Shown here: in pieces, positions 1 to 8,921 of the stretch
Layout: every line of letters begins with the position of its first letter
Position numbering within the stretch: the stretch's first letter is position 1
Assembly (NCBI GenBank): GCA_964483915.1
Contig: CAZADL010000004.1
Span: forward strand, 1-48,436
DNA length: 48,436 bases
From: an uncultured Candidatus Saccharibacteria bacterium
GTDB lineage: Bacteria; Patescibacteriota; Minisyncoccia; UBA6257; 2-01-FULL-56-20
Direction: 5' to 3'
Translations under genes and position numbers: made by a program
Notes under the pieces: model-generated
Databases searched by the model: none
What the model was told of the DNA's origin: nothing
The model's input: the letters and a program-made list of their open reading frames with translations, nothing else

Positions 1-97
1 TCGAACCGGGCCGCTCAGAAAAAGAAAATCTCCCCGAAGGGAGATGATCAGCAAACTAATTATATCAATCCACCTTCGGGCAAGTCAAATAACAATT

Positions 98-1342
98 ATG
101 AACAACCAAGCACAACCAACAGCAACGAGGGTGCGGCCGAGAGAAACGGCGAAGGAAACGACAGATAGCTTCTTCGCGCCGATCGGCAACACCAAGCCCT
201 ACTTCAAAGCGGCCTTCCAAGGCTTCGCGGGTAGCGGCAAAACATTCACCGCAGCGCAGGTCGCGGTCGGACTGCACAAGCGGATAGGTTCGAAAAAACC
301 GATCGTAATCTTCGACACCGAACAAGCATCAAAATTCCTCAAACCGCTTTTCGCGGAGGCCGGAATCGAAGTGCTCGTCCGCGAATCGAAGTCACTGGCC
401 GACCTACGGCAGACGATGGAAAAGATGCGATCCGGAATATCGGACATCCTTCTCATCGATTCAATCTCGCACGTATGGGAAGGGTTCCTTCAAGCCTACG
501 CCGAGAAAGTTCACCGGACACGCCTGGAATTCCAGGATTGGGGAATCATCAAGCCGACATGGAAGCGAGAATTCTCCGACCCATTCGTGAGCGACGGGTA
601 TCACGCGATCTTCACCGGCCGCGCCGGATACGAGTACGACAACGAAAAAAATGCCGACACCGGCAAACGCGAAATCTTCAAGTCCGGAATCAAGATGAAG
701 GTCGAAGGCGAAACCGCCTACGAGCCGGACATGCTCGTCCTCATGGAGCGCTTCGAAGAAGTGCTCGGAGACGACAAGAAGGTATGGCGCGAAGCCACGA
801 TCATCAAAGACCGAAGCACTCTGCTCGACGGCCGGACTTATAAAAATCCGACCTATGAGAACTTTGCGCCGATAGTAGAAGCCCTGCTTACCGATCCAAT
901 TCCGAGAGACACAGTAGTCATGCCTGAATCAGATACTGGCCTGCTCTTCCGAACCGAGGAGGAAAAAGCCGAATGGCGCAGAGAGCGCGATAAGTGGATA
1001 GAGGAGCTGGACGGTCTCCTTATCCGCATCGCACCCGGCGCGGTCGGCCGAGACAAACAACTGAAGCTTGACCTGCTGGATCGAGTATTCGGGACAACCT
1101 CAATGACAGCGATCGGCGAGCTCCGGCCTGAACGCCTGGCCGACGGCTACAAGAAGCTGGGTCTCGAAGCCGTGTCGATGGGCATCGCGGAAATTGTAGA
1201 ACTCCCGGATGGGCGCAAGCGCCTAGTCTCAAAATTGCCTCCTAATGGCAACGGGAATGGAAACGGAAATGGGCACGCCCACACGGAAGAAAAGTCGACG
1301 CCCGCTTCCGCACCCGCAAAAAAGGTAACTAAGAAAAAGTAA
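98..1342 (+). CDS. Phage AAA-family ATPase (AAA_24/Sak4-like recombination protein)
   Basis: Walker A GFAGSGKT, Walker B LLIDS; early-region position; start taken at ATG 98 after an A/T-rich leader. Confidence 0.75.
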   Translation: MNNQAQPTATRVRPRETAKETTDSFFAPIGNTKPYFKAAFQGFAGSGKTFTAAQVAVGLHKRIGSKKPIVIFDTEQASKFLKPLFAEAGIEVLVRESKSLADLRQTMEKMRSGISDILLIDSISHVWEGFLQAYAEKVHRTRLEFQDWGIIKPTWKREFSDPFVSDGYHAIFTGRAGYEYDNEKNADTGKREIFKSGIKMKVEGETAYEPDMLVLMERFEEVLGDDKKVWREATIIKDRSTLLDGRTYKNPTYENFAPIVEALLTDPIPRDTVVMPESDTGLLFRTEEEKAEWRRERDKWIEELDGLLIRIAPGAVGRDKQLKLDLLDRVFGTTSMTAIGELRPERLADGYKKLGLEAVSMGIAEIVELPDGRKRLVSKLPPNGNGNGNGNGHAHTEEKSTPASAPAKKVTKKK

Positions 1343-1350
1343 CCACCGGC

Positions 1351-1408
1351 GTTAGCTTCCGACTCTGCCCTCATCGCGGAAGCGTGAGGTCAGAGATCGG
1401 AAGCCGAC
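1351..1408 (+). repeat. Long intergenic GNRA-capped hairpin, copy 1
   Basis: GCTTCCGACTCTGCCCTCATCGC-GGAA-GCGTGAGGTCAGAGATCGGAAGC; structural twin at 2079-2133. Confidence 0.75.
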
Positions 1409-1425
1409 AAAGGATCAAACATTTT

Positions 1426-1800
1426 ATGGGAATAGACATCTACGCGCGCTGGAAAAACCAGACGCCAAAGCAAAAGAAAAAGCAGATCACTGGCTTCTCA
1501 GTGGATCACGGCAATGTCGGCTATCTGCGTGAAGCATATCGGGGAGAACACTTCGCAACACGATATCTATGCCGCGAAGCCTTCGGGAAAAACAACGAAG
1601 CAAAAATCCCGGCCAAGCTTCTACGCGAACGATTGCCAAGAACTCTCGAAGTGGTCGAACAACGAGAGCGCACGATTTATAAGCAAACGGATCAAAAGAA
1701 AATCGACAAAGTGAAGCAAAGCTTCGTGGACTTCGTGGATCTCTGCGAACGGAAAGAGAAAGAAACCGGAGAGCCATGCACGATAATCGCCAGCTACTGA
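1426..1800 (+). CDS. Hypothetical phage protein
   Basis: ORF MGIDIYARW...; co-oriented and closely packed. Confidence 0.7.
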   Translation: MGIDIYARWKNQTPKQKKKQITGFSVDHGNVGYLREAYRGEHFATRYLCREAFGKNNEAKIPAKLLRERLPRTLEVVEQRERTIYKQTDQKKIDKVKQSFVDFVDLCERKEKETGEPCTIIASY

Positions 1801-1802
1801 CC

Positions 1803-2078
1803 ATGAAATACGCATTCAACCTCGAATGGAACGAGCTTCCAGAAGAACTAAGGGAAGCAAAAATCCGGGAGTACATCCTCGCCGGAGACAAGCGTGACTG
1901 CGAAGAATGCGATGGCGTAGGAGAGATTCCTACAGCAATGGAACGAGGCGACATAAAAGCCAGCAAGCCATGCAGCCACTGCAGCGGAACCGGCCGAGTC
2001 AATCCTGACCCGGACGACCTGCACCAGCAAGAGGAAGCAGAAGAAGACATCCGCATTCACTTCCCGATTTACTTTTAA
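1803..2078 (+). CDS. Small protein with DnaJ-type zinc-finger motifs
   Basis: CEECDGVG and CSHCSGTG (CxxCxGxG twice). Confidence 0.7.
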   Translation: MKYAFNLEWNELPEELREAKIREYILAGDKRDCEECDGVGEIPTAMERGDIKASKPCSHCSGTGRVNPDPDDLHQQEEAEEDIRIHFPIYF

Positions 2079-2133
2079 CGGCTCTCGATTCTGTCCTGAC
2101 CGCGAGAGCGTCAGGCCAGAAATCGGGGAGCTG
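2079..2133 (+). repeat. Long intergenic GNRA-capped hairpin, copy 2
   Basis: GCTCTCGATTCTGTCCTGACCGC-GAGA-GCGTCAGGCCAGAAATCGGGGAGC; compensatory changes relative to copy 1. Confidence 0.75.
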
Positions 2134-2156
2134 TTTCCCTTTCGTCAAACAAAAAC

Positions 2157-3107
2157 ATGGAAAACGAAATAACCTCAATAATTCCAAACTCGACTCAAAT
2201 CCCGCACCTCATTATTCGGGAGTGGATGCCACTTCTGAGCGATGTAGAGCTGAGGATTCTTCTTGTCGTTGCGGACCAGACGCTGGGCTGGATTGAAGAC
2301 CCGGAAACAAAACGCCGCAAAGAGAAGGATTGGATCAGTCAGGGCCAGCTGATGAAGAAAATAAACCGCAGCGATCGCGCCATTCAAAACTCACTCAAGA
2401 GACTTGTAGACGAGCTGAGAATTATCCAGGCCCACGACGAAGCGGGTGTACTCCTAGACTCGCCACAAAAGCGCATGAAGTGCGGAGGAAAAATCTTCTA
2501 CCGCTTGAGTCTTAAACGGCCGCAACAACCCACCCCCGAAGTAAGTTCGGGGGCAGAAAAAACCTCAAACTTTTCACCTCCCCCGAAAAATCTTCGTGCG
2601 AAGAATTTTCGGGCTACAAAAGAAACCGGTTTTACAAAAGATAAGTCCTTCGGACAAGCGAGCTTGATTCAAGAATCTAAAAAAGATGTGGATAAGCCCG
2701 TGGATAAACCAACCCTGCCAACCCGCTACTTCTTCGGGAAATTCTCTCAGCTCACCTGGGGCATTCGGCATACCCGTCCGATCTTCGTGAAATTCAAAGA
2801 CGGCAATTTGCTCAAGCATGCACTCGGCCACTTGACCGAATTCCAACTTGAGCTGGAGCTCGTGTGGTTTTTACAAAACAAGCCGGAGATGAAGCCGACA
2901 ATCGGCGCGGCTTTATGCAAAGAAGTAATCGAAGATTTTATACAGACCAGTTTCAAAGAGTACGGATTCTACAACACGCTAGAGCGAACCGCGCTGCAGT
3001 ACAGCCGACGCGAACCGGAAGAAGTCCGTGGCGAAGCTGCCGCAATGGTCGAAGCGCTGAAGAAGTTGAAGGACTCATTTTCAATGAGGCAAACAAACAG
3101 CATATGA
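2157..3107 (+). CDS. Phage replication initiator (N-terminal winged HTH, lambda O/replisome organiser-like)
   Basis: N-terminal pattern TQIP...LSDVELRILL...TLGW...KEKDWISQGQL...SDRAIQNSLKRL; internal iteron-like repeats. Confidence 0.7.
   Translation: MENEITSIIPNSTQIPHLIIREWMPLLSDVELRILLVVADQTLGWIEDPETKRRKEKDWISQGQLMKKINRSDRAIQNSLKRLVDELRIIQAHDEAGVLLDSPQKRMKCGGKIFYRLSLKRPQQPTPEVSSGAEKTSNFSPPPKNLRAKNFRATKETGFTKDKSFGQASLIQESKKDVDKPVDKPTLPTRYFFGKFSQLTWGIRHTRPIFVKFKDGNLLKHALGHLTEFQLELELVWFLQNKPEMKPTIGAALCKEVIEDFIQTSFKEYGFYNTLERTALQYSRREPEEVRGEAAAMVEALKKLKDSFSMRQTNSI
2533..2707. promoter_or_regulatory. Putative phage replication origin within the rep gene
   Basis: Three CGAA-N5-TTCG palindromes (2533-2553, 2580-2596, 2598-2613); perfect DnaA box TGTGGATAA at 2687-2695 and near-perfect CGTGGATAA at 2699-2707. 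Confidence 0.6.
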
Positions 3108-4339
3108 GACACATCGATTTATTTTCAGGCATCGGCGGATTCGCTTTGGCGATCGAAAAAGTGTGGCCGAATTCCGATCACATCTTTTGCGATAACGATT
3201 CCTACTGTCAAAAATTACTCAAACTAAGATACCCAAACACAAAAATCTATGGCGACATCAAAGAGATCAAATCTATTACCGACTCCGACTGGCTCGGACT
3301 ACAAAAGCCGGGGAAGAAACAGCAAGCAGGTAGGCGTAGACAATTATTTAAAGTCGATATCCTCACGGGAGGATTTCCATGCCAGCCATTCTCTCAGGCC
3401 GGAAAAAGACGAGGGACAAGCGATGACCGTTACCTCTGGCCGGAAATGCTTCGAATCATTCGACTTACGAATCCACGATGGGTCATCGCTGAAAACGTGC
3501 GTGGGTTATTTACTATGCAAAACGGTTTGGTATTCGAACAAGTGTGCCTTGACCTGGAAGCCTCCGGCTACGAAGTCCAACCGCTCATTATTCCAGCTGT
3601 CGCCGTCAACGCTCCGCATCGAAGGGACAGGATCTGGTTTATTGCTCACGCCATCAGCGATCCAGCCGATCGAAAGAAAAAAAGCGGAAAGCTACCTGAA
3701 GCGCCAAATAAACAGAAACAAAACGGGTCGCAATACGGTCCCGCCCGGCAATCTTTACGAGCAACTCTTGGCTGGGGGAGCGACCGATCTGAGGAAGACG
3801 TCATTGTGGCCGGTGCTTTTGGGCACGCCGAAAGCACAAGACAGCCGCGCGGCAATGAGAGATCGGGGGAAGCACAATATGGGAGAACAGGTTCAGGAAG
3901 CCATCAACGCTCTGCTTCCCACACCGAGAGTAAGCGAGGTCGAGGGGGCGCCGGTAAAGAACGCGGAGTTAAAGAATGGGCGATGGATCAGGATGAATCA
4001 AAAGGGCGTGAGATTCGGAGTAAAGGTGAAAGACGTGCTGGCAGTATTGCCTACGCCACGAGCGGGGAATCCGGGAAGCAGGCCAAACAAAAAAGGTGGA
4101 AAGATTTTGAACGAGGAAGTTGGGAAAGGATCTGGCTTGAAGTTGCAGCCGAACTTTGTGGAATGGATGATGGGCTACCCGCAAAACTGGACGAATTTGA
4201 ATTATCAAAATCAAGACATCGGATAGAGAGACTTAAGGCCCTAGGGAATGCGATCGTGCCGCAAGTCGCGGCAAAGATCATGCAGGCAATCAAAAAGACG
4301 GAAGAAAACCCTGGCCTCACTCGAAGCATTCGGAATTGA
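3104..4339 (+). CDS. DNA cytosine-C5 methyltransferase (alpha-like polypeptide)
   Basis: Motif I DLFSGIGG, IV GGFPCQPFS, VI ENV, VIII HRRDRIW, X LGNAIVP; ATGA overlap with the rep stop. Confidence 0.9.
   Translation: MRHIDLFSGIGGFALAIEKVWPNSDHIFCDNDSYCQKLLKLRYPNTKIYGDIKEIKSITDSDWLGLQKPGKKQQAGRRRQLFKVDILTGGFPCQPFSQAGKRRGTSDDRYLWPEMLRIIRLTNPRWVIAENVRGLFTMQNGLVFEQVCLDLEASGYEVQPLIIPAVAVNAPHRRDRIWFIAHAISDPADRKKKSGKLPEAPNKQKQNGSQYGPARQSLRATLGWGSDRSEEDVIVAGAFGHAESTRQPRGNERSGEAQYGRTGSGSHQRSASHTESKRGRGGAGKERGVKEWAMDQDESKGREIRSKGERRAGSIAYATSGESGKQAKQKRWKDFERGSWERIWLEVAAELCGMDDGLPAKLDEFELSKSRHRIERLKALGNAIVPQVAAKIMQAIKKTEENPGLTRSIRN
3249..4226 (+). CDS. Nested alternative-frame polypeptide, probable beta subunit of the C5 MTase (motif IX and target-recognition segments)
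   Basis: 325 open codons entirely inside the MTase gene; ends with motif IX-like LQPNFVEWMMGYPQNWT; five LLxTP-like repeats; true start uncertain. Confidence 0.7.
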   Translation: MATSKRSNLLPTPTGSDYKSRGRNSKQVGVDNYLKSISSREDFHASHSLRPEKDEGQAMTVTSGRKCFESFDLRIHDGSSLKTCVGYLLCKTVWYSNKCALTWKPPATKSNRSLFQLSPSTLRIEGTGSGLLLTPSAIQPIERKKAESYLKRQINRNKTGRNTVPPGNLYEQLLAGGATDLRKTSLWPVLLGTPKAQDSRAAMRDRGKHNMGEQVQEAINALLPTPRVSEVEGAPVKNAELKNGRWIRMNQKGVRFGVKVKDVLAVLPTPRAGNPGSRPNKKGGKILNEEVGKGSGLKLQPNFVEWMMGYPQNWTNLNYQNQDIG

Positions 4340-4435
4340 ATGTCCGTGTTTTTCGAGTGGGGCTAACCCACTGTTCGCCTGAGGTCGACAGGCGGTCAAG
4401 AAAAGATAAAGAAATTATAAAGAAAAGTTAAAGCT

Positions 4436-4717
4436 ATGGAACAAGATCAGAATCTACTTGAAACGATTCTACGGGCAATAGTCAACCACCCTGAACAGGT
4501 GGAAGTGACAAGGCACGTAGACGAGATGGGCGTGCTCCTCTCGGCGAAGCTTGGCGAGGGCGATGCGGGAATCGTGATCGGCAAAGAAGGACGGGCTATC
4601 AAAGCCATCCGTTCGGTCATGAACCTCGTCGGCCGCAGAAGCAAAGCTCGTGTCAGTGTTCGGCTCAACGTCCCGGATCTGCCCCGCAACGCGGGATCAG
4701 AGTCGGCCTCGGCCTAA
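4436..4717 (+). CDS. khpA: KH-domain RNA-binding protein (KhpA/YlqC-like)
   Basis: AIVNHPEQVEV...DAGIVIGKEGRAIKAIRSV; GxxG KH loop; 93 aa. Confidence 0.8.
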   Translation: MEQDQNLLETILRAIVNHPEQVEVTRHVDEMGVLLSAKLGEGDAGIVIGKEGRAIKAIRSVMNLVGRRSKARVSVRLNVPDLPRNAGSESASA

Positions 4718-4783
4718 CAACACATCGGCGACCCCGCCGCTACGAACGGGACAAAGACACAAAACCCGTTAATTAAAACAGCT

Positions 4784-5089
4784 ATGAACCGTACCCAAAA
4801 AGGAAAAATTATTGAACAAAAAGCACAGGCCCTTCTCGCTCAGGAAGGCTACTGGATCGAGAAGGCTCGGCGCGCCAAGTTCCAACAACAAGACCTATTC
4901 GGGTGCTGGGACTTTATGGCTGTCGGCAAAAAAGAGATTCGCTTTATTCAGGTTAGCTCGGAGCGCTTCAGTTCCAGGTCGAGAGCAGACCAAGAGCGAA
5001 TGCTTGCATTCCCAAAGCCGGTAAATACCACAAAAGAATACTGGCGGTGGAATGAAAAGACGGACAAGTTCGAAATTATAACGCTATGA
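4784..5089 (+). CDS. PD-(D/E)XK nuclease, Holliday junction resolvase (Hjc)-like
   Basis: KGKIIE...LAQEGY...DFMAV...FIQVS pattern. Confidence 0.6.
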   Translation: MNRTQKGKIIEQKAQALLAQEGYWIEKARRAKFQQQDLFGCWDFMAVGKKEIRFIQVSSERFSSRSRADQERMLAFPKPVNTTKEYWRWNEKTDKFEIITL

Positions 5090-5382
5090 AAACCAGAATA
5101 GAAACACTCGAGTCGATTCACGACTCATTGCTAGAAGAAAAAGTGCGGCTGGAGATTGCGATACGCAACCTTGAAGACCGCGGCGACGATGACGTGGTGA
5201 TCCCGCGCCTGACCCCATTCAACATAGAGGGCCAAAAGACCAAGAAAGAATTGGTGGCCGAGTACCAGGAACGGATCGAAAAAGTCGAACACGCCATCTT
5301 AACAACTGAAAAATTAATTGAAGAAGAACATGACCAGATTCGACAACCCAAAAAAGAACCCGCTGGCACGGAGAAAAAATAA
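5086..5382 (+). CDS. Hypothetical coiled-coil protein
   Basis: ATGA-coupled ORF, charged and helical. Confidence 0.65.
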   Translation: MKTRIETLESIHDSLLEEKVRLEIAIRNLEDRGDDDVVIPRLTPFNIEGQKTKKELVAEYQERIEKVEHAILTTEKLIEEEHDQIRQPKKEPAGTEKK

Positions 5383-5569
5383 GCCAAGACTTATAGGCGG
5401 TGCATACATTCCGGCCGACCTGCTGGCCGAAGCTCAAAAGCGGCGCATTGAAATGGTCGAGCGAGAGATGGCAACGCAGGCATACCTTGCGCTCCCGCTT
5501 CGAAGACGGGTCCGGATTCGCATCAAACTATTCTTCATAAACCTATGGAAAAAAATACGAAGACAATAA
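5330..5569 (+). CDS. Hypothetical basic protein
   Basis: ORF MTRFDNPKK... bridges its neighbours and overlaps both. Confidence 0.5.
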   Translation: MTRFDNPKKNPLARRKNKPRLIGGAYIPADLLAEAQKRRIEMVEREMATQAYLALPLRRRVRIRIKLFFINLWKKIRRQ

Positions 5570-6816
5570 AAATCACAGACCTCAAGCACCCGGCCTACAA
5601 CCCGCGCGAGATAAAGCGCGAAGATATTGACGCCCTGAAGCGGTCAATTGAAAGATTCGGATTGCGCGGACTGATTACAGTTAACACCAGTAAGGGACGC
5701 GATGGCTTTATCGTTGGCGGAAACATGACCGTCATGGCCCTCAAAGAGCTGGGATGGGAAACGATACCGAAAGAGAATGTGGATTTGGTAGATATGCCGG
5801 AGAAAGAAGAAAAGGCCCTGAGCCTTGCCTTAAACAAGATTGCTCAACGGCGCGATTGGAATGACGAGAGGCTGGCCGAACTCATGGTCGAGCTCAATCA
5901 CTCCGACTTTGACCTGACCCTCACCGGCTTCAATGAAGTGGAAATAAGCAATCTCCTCGACAGCCAAATGCTCGAAGAGCCGGATGAAGAAGATAAAACC
6001 GCCGAAGAAGAATACGAGGAAATAAAAAAGCCCGTATCAAAATATGGTGAAGTTTATAAGCTCGGCCGACACCGGCTTATGTGCGGAGACGCAACCAAGA
6101 TCGAAGACATCAAGAAATTGCTCGGCACAATCAAGGTGGATATGGTTTTTACCGATCCTCCTTACAACGTGGCTCACGTCAGTCACGAAAAGCGCGGGAA
6201 GTTTCCAACCGAGCAGGGAAAGATTCTCGGCGATCAGCAGAGCCAAGAAGACTTCGAAGCCTTCAGCGAAAAAATATTCGCCAACTACCATGAAATTCTG
6301 AAGCCAGGTGCAACGATGTACGTCTGCACAGGCTATACCAGTTATCCGCTGTGGTACTACGAAATGCTGAACGCCGGGTTTGAATTTTCCTCGACAATCG
6401 TATGGGTTAAACCATCCTTCGCTATCGGCTGGGGAGACTACAAAAAACAATATGAACAGGTCATGAAAGCCAAGCGAAGCAAAGGCAAGACCAAAGCTCA
6501 GCCACTTATGTATGGCTGGAAGAAGGGGGAAAGACACTTCTTCTACGGCGATAACAACGAGAGCGACGTGTGGGATATGCCTCGTAAAGCTATTACCAAG
6601 ATGGCTCATCCGACCGAGAAACCGGAGTGGCTTATTATGCGCGCCATAAAGAACTCAAGCCGGGTCGGTCAAGTCGTGGTCGACTTCTTCGGCGGATCAG
6701 GAAGCACGCTTTTCGCCGCAAACAAACTGGAACGCACCTGCTATCTGCTTGAACTCGATCCGCGCTGGTGCGATGTGATTCGCAATCGCTGGGAGAAGGT
6801 CAAAGTGAAAGGTTAA
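5545..6816 (+). CDS. ParB-like domain fused to an N6-A/N4-C DNA methyltransferase (beta order)
   Basis: N-terminal YNPREI...LKRSIERFG; DPPY before HPTEKP and DFFGGSGS. Confidence 0.88.
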   Translation: MEKNTKTIKITDLKHPAYNPREIKREDIDALKRSIERFGLRGLITVNTSKGRDGFIVGGNMTVMALKELGWETIPKENVDLVDMPEKEEKALSLALNKIAQRRDWNDERLAELMVELNHSDFDLTLTGFNEVEISNLLDSQMLEEPDEEDKTAEEEYEEIKKPVSKYGEVYKLGRHRLMCGDATKIEDIKKLLGTIKVDMVFTDPPYNVAHVSHEKRGKFPTEQGKILGDQQSQEDFEAFSEKIFANYHEILKPGATMYVCTGYTSYPLWYYEMLNAGFEFSSTIVWVKPSFAIGWGDYKKQYEQVMKAKRSKGKTKAQPLMYGWKKGERHFFYGDNNESDVWDMPRKAITKMAHPTEKPEWLIMRAIKNSSRVGQVVVDFFGGSGSTLFAANKLERTCYLLELDPRWCDVIRNRWEKVKVKG

Positions 6817-6844
6817 AGAAAAGATAAAGAAAAAGTAAAGCAGT

Positions 6845-7408
6845 ATGACAAAGCCCGCACTCACCACCTCAAAGATGCCAGGAGAAACCGAACAGCAGTA
6901 CACTGCGTGGCTTTTGTATTGCGAAGCCGGGAGCCTTCGGAAGACCGAGGGGCTATGGAACAGGGTTGGGCAAAGCTTGGGTGAAGCTGGGGTGGAATTT
7001 GCCGATCGGCTCGGTAAGAAACCCAGCGATACCACCCTAGAAACGTGGTCAAAGAAATACCGTTGGGTTGAACGGAAAGACCTCAAGCTCACCGAGGATT
7101 TGGAAGGTCTCCGCAAAAAGGCGCAGGAGATCAAACAGAAAAAAGTATTTGCTATCGGCGAAGTTTTCTGGGAAAAGCTACAGGCTCTGAAGAAGCAGAT
7201 CAAAAAAGGAGAAGGCGCAACGGTAGATGAGATCAAGAAGTTGTGGGAAATGTTCAGGACTGAAATGGGAGAGTCACTCGGTAAGCACGAGCTGAGCATC
7301 AACGAAGATGAGCAAAAGCCTCCGACTCCAGAGCAAGAGGAACTTGGCCAAGCTATAGACGAAACTATCAAAGCCTTTTATGGACGAAAAGGAAAAGCAA
7401 AAAAGTAG
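6845..7408 (+). CDS. Putative terminase small subunit
   Basis: HTH-like TTLETWSKKYRWVER; directly upstream of and overlapping the large terminase. Confidence 0.55.
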   Translation: MTKPALTTSKMPGETEQQYTAWLLYCEAGSLRKTEGLWNRVGQSLGEAGVEFADRLGKKPSDTTLETWSKKYRWVERKDLKLTEDLEGLRKKAQEIKQKKVFAIGEVFWEKLQALKKQIKKGEGATVDEIKKLWEMFRTEMGESLGKHELSINEDEQKPPTPEQEELGQAIDETIKAFYGRKGKAKK

Positions 7409-8921
7409 CATCCTGTATTGGATCAAACAGAACGGAATAAAAAACGAGAGCGGCGATCCGATTGAGTTCGCCGATCACCGCTTCATGCTAGATATTTATT
7501 CCGACCGGACACCAATACAGGTTGTACGCAAAGGGTCGCAGATTGGAGCGAGCACGATGGAAATCCTGCGAGCTGTGCACGCTGCGCGCTTTTGGGGCAT
7601 CAACCAAATTTATACGCTCCCAACCGTAGATGACGTAGCTGAGTTCGTAAAAAGCAAAGTGAACCGCATCGTGAAAGTGAACCCGTGCATGCTCGAAGGC
7701 GTAAGCGGAAAGGACGTGGACTCGATAGAGCAAAAACAGATCGGTAAGTCCTTTTTATTCTTCAAAGGAACCTACACGGAAAAGGAAGCAATCATGCTCA
7801 CGTCTGATCGCAATATTCACGACGAGCTCGACAAGTCCAAGCCTGAAGTCATTCGAGACTTCACCTCGCGTATGGGGTTCTCAAAGATACGAAGCCAGCA
7901 TTACTTCTCGACCCCAACCATTCCGGACATGGGCGTCGACAAATTGTTTGGACAATCGGATCAAAAACACTGGCGGTTCAATTGCAAACACTGCAACTAC
8001 GAGCAACACATGGATTGGGAAAAGAACGTCGACCGGGAACGCAGAATATACATCTGTCAAAAATGCCACGGTGAGATTACCTCGCGGCATGTAAACGACG
8101 CAGGCTGGTGGGAGGCCAGGTATCCGGGAGAGCCAATAAGCGGCTACTGGATAAGCCAAATGATATGTCCGTGGCGCACCGCATCCGACCTACTTACCGA
8201 AGAAGCCAATGCCGAAGACCAGCAATACTTCTACAACTTCGTGTTGGGCCTGCCTTATATAGCATCGGATCAGAAAATTCCGCAGAGCCTATTCCTCCGC
8301 AACACCACGAGCGAGGAAGTGGAAACATCAGGTTGGAATGTGATGGGAGCGGATACCGGAGACGAAAACCATATAGTCATTGGCAACGCGAAAGGAATAT
8401 TCTGGATCGGAAAAATAAAAGACCGGCCGAACAAGACACGCTGGGAGTACATGGCCGAGCTGATTCAATTCTACGACGTGCGGGTTTGCGTGATTGACGC
8501 AATGCCGTGGACGGAAGAAGCATTGCGCCTGGCCCGCAAATTCCCATACCGCGTCTACGTGAACTTCTACAAAGACGATCCGAAGATGCTAGAAGTCGTC
8601 CGATGGAACGATGAAAAAGAAGAAGACGAAAAGCCATTTGAAGAAGAAGTAAAAGTGCTCACCTCCCGCAATCGAATTATCGATGACACGATATCGTCCC
8701 TGCGCCGGGGAGAAATAAAGTTTGCAATGAAGCCAGATGACCCAACATTTAAAATGCTCATCGAACACGCACAAACAATGTATGCACGAACAGTCACAAA
8801 TCAATACGGCCAGGAAAAGCGTGAATGGGAGTCGACGACCGGCGTCGATCACGCCTGGCATGCACTTTTATACTGGCATGTCGCTTTCAAAAAGAGACTC
8901 AAGTATGAACCAAATAACTGA
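7380..8921 (+). CDS. Terminase large subunit (GpA-like)
   Basis: Walker A-like VRKGSQIGAST, Walker B IHDELD, STPT coupling motif, CxxC pairs, RNase H-like GADTG...DHAWHA. Confidence 0.85.
   Translation: MDEKEKQKSSILYWIKQNGIKNESGDPIEFADHRFMLDIYSDRTPIQVVRKGSQIGASTMEILRAVHAARFWGINQIYTLPTVDDVAEFVKSKVNRIVKVNPCMLEGVSGKDVDSIEQKQIGKSFLFFKGTYTEKEAIMLTSDRNIHDELDKSKPEVIRDFTSRMGFSKIRSQHYFSTPTIPDMGVDKLFGQSDQKHWRFNCKHCNYEQHMDWEKNVDRERRIYICQKCHGEITSRHVNDAGWWEARYPGEPISGYWISQMICPWRTASDLLTEEANAEDQQYFYNFVLGLPYIASDQKIPQSLFLRNTTSEEVETSGWNVMGADTGDENHIVIGNAKGIFWIGKIKDRPNKTRWEYMAELIQFYDVRVCVIDAMPWTEEALRLARKFPYRVYVNFYKDDPKMLEVVRWNDEKEEDEKPFEEEVKVLTSRNRIIDDTISSLRRGEIKFAMKPDDPTFKMLIEHAQTMYARTVTNQYGQEKREWESTTGVDHAWHALLYWHVAFKKRLKYEPNN

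Noticed and set aside
1243-1272. (AAY GGN)n repeat encoding NGNGNGNGNG
   Set aside because: Low-complexity disordered protein tail with varied codons, not a DNA repeat element.
2864-3103. N-terminal extension of the 491-aa MTase ORF
   Set aside because: It overlaps rep; motif I begins right after ATG 3104, which forms an ATGA overlap with the rep stop.
6697-7371. Long minus-strand ORFs (also 1487-2056, 43163-43921, 44550-45227, 47728-48108)
   Set aside because: They lie antisense to well-supported + strand genes and show no motifs.
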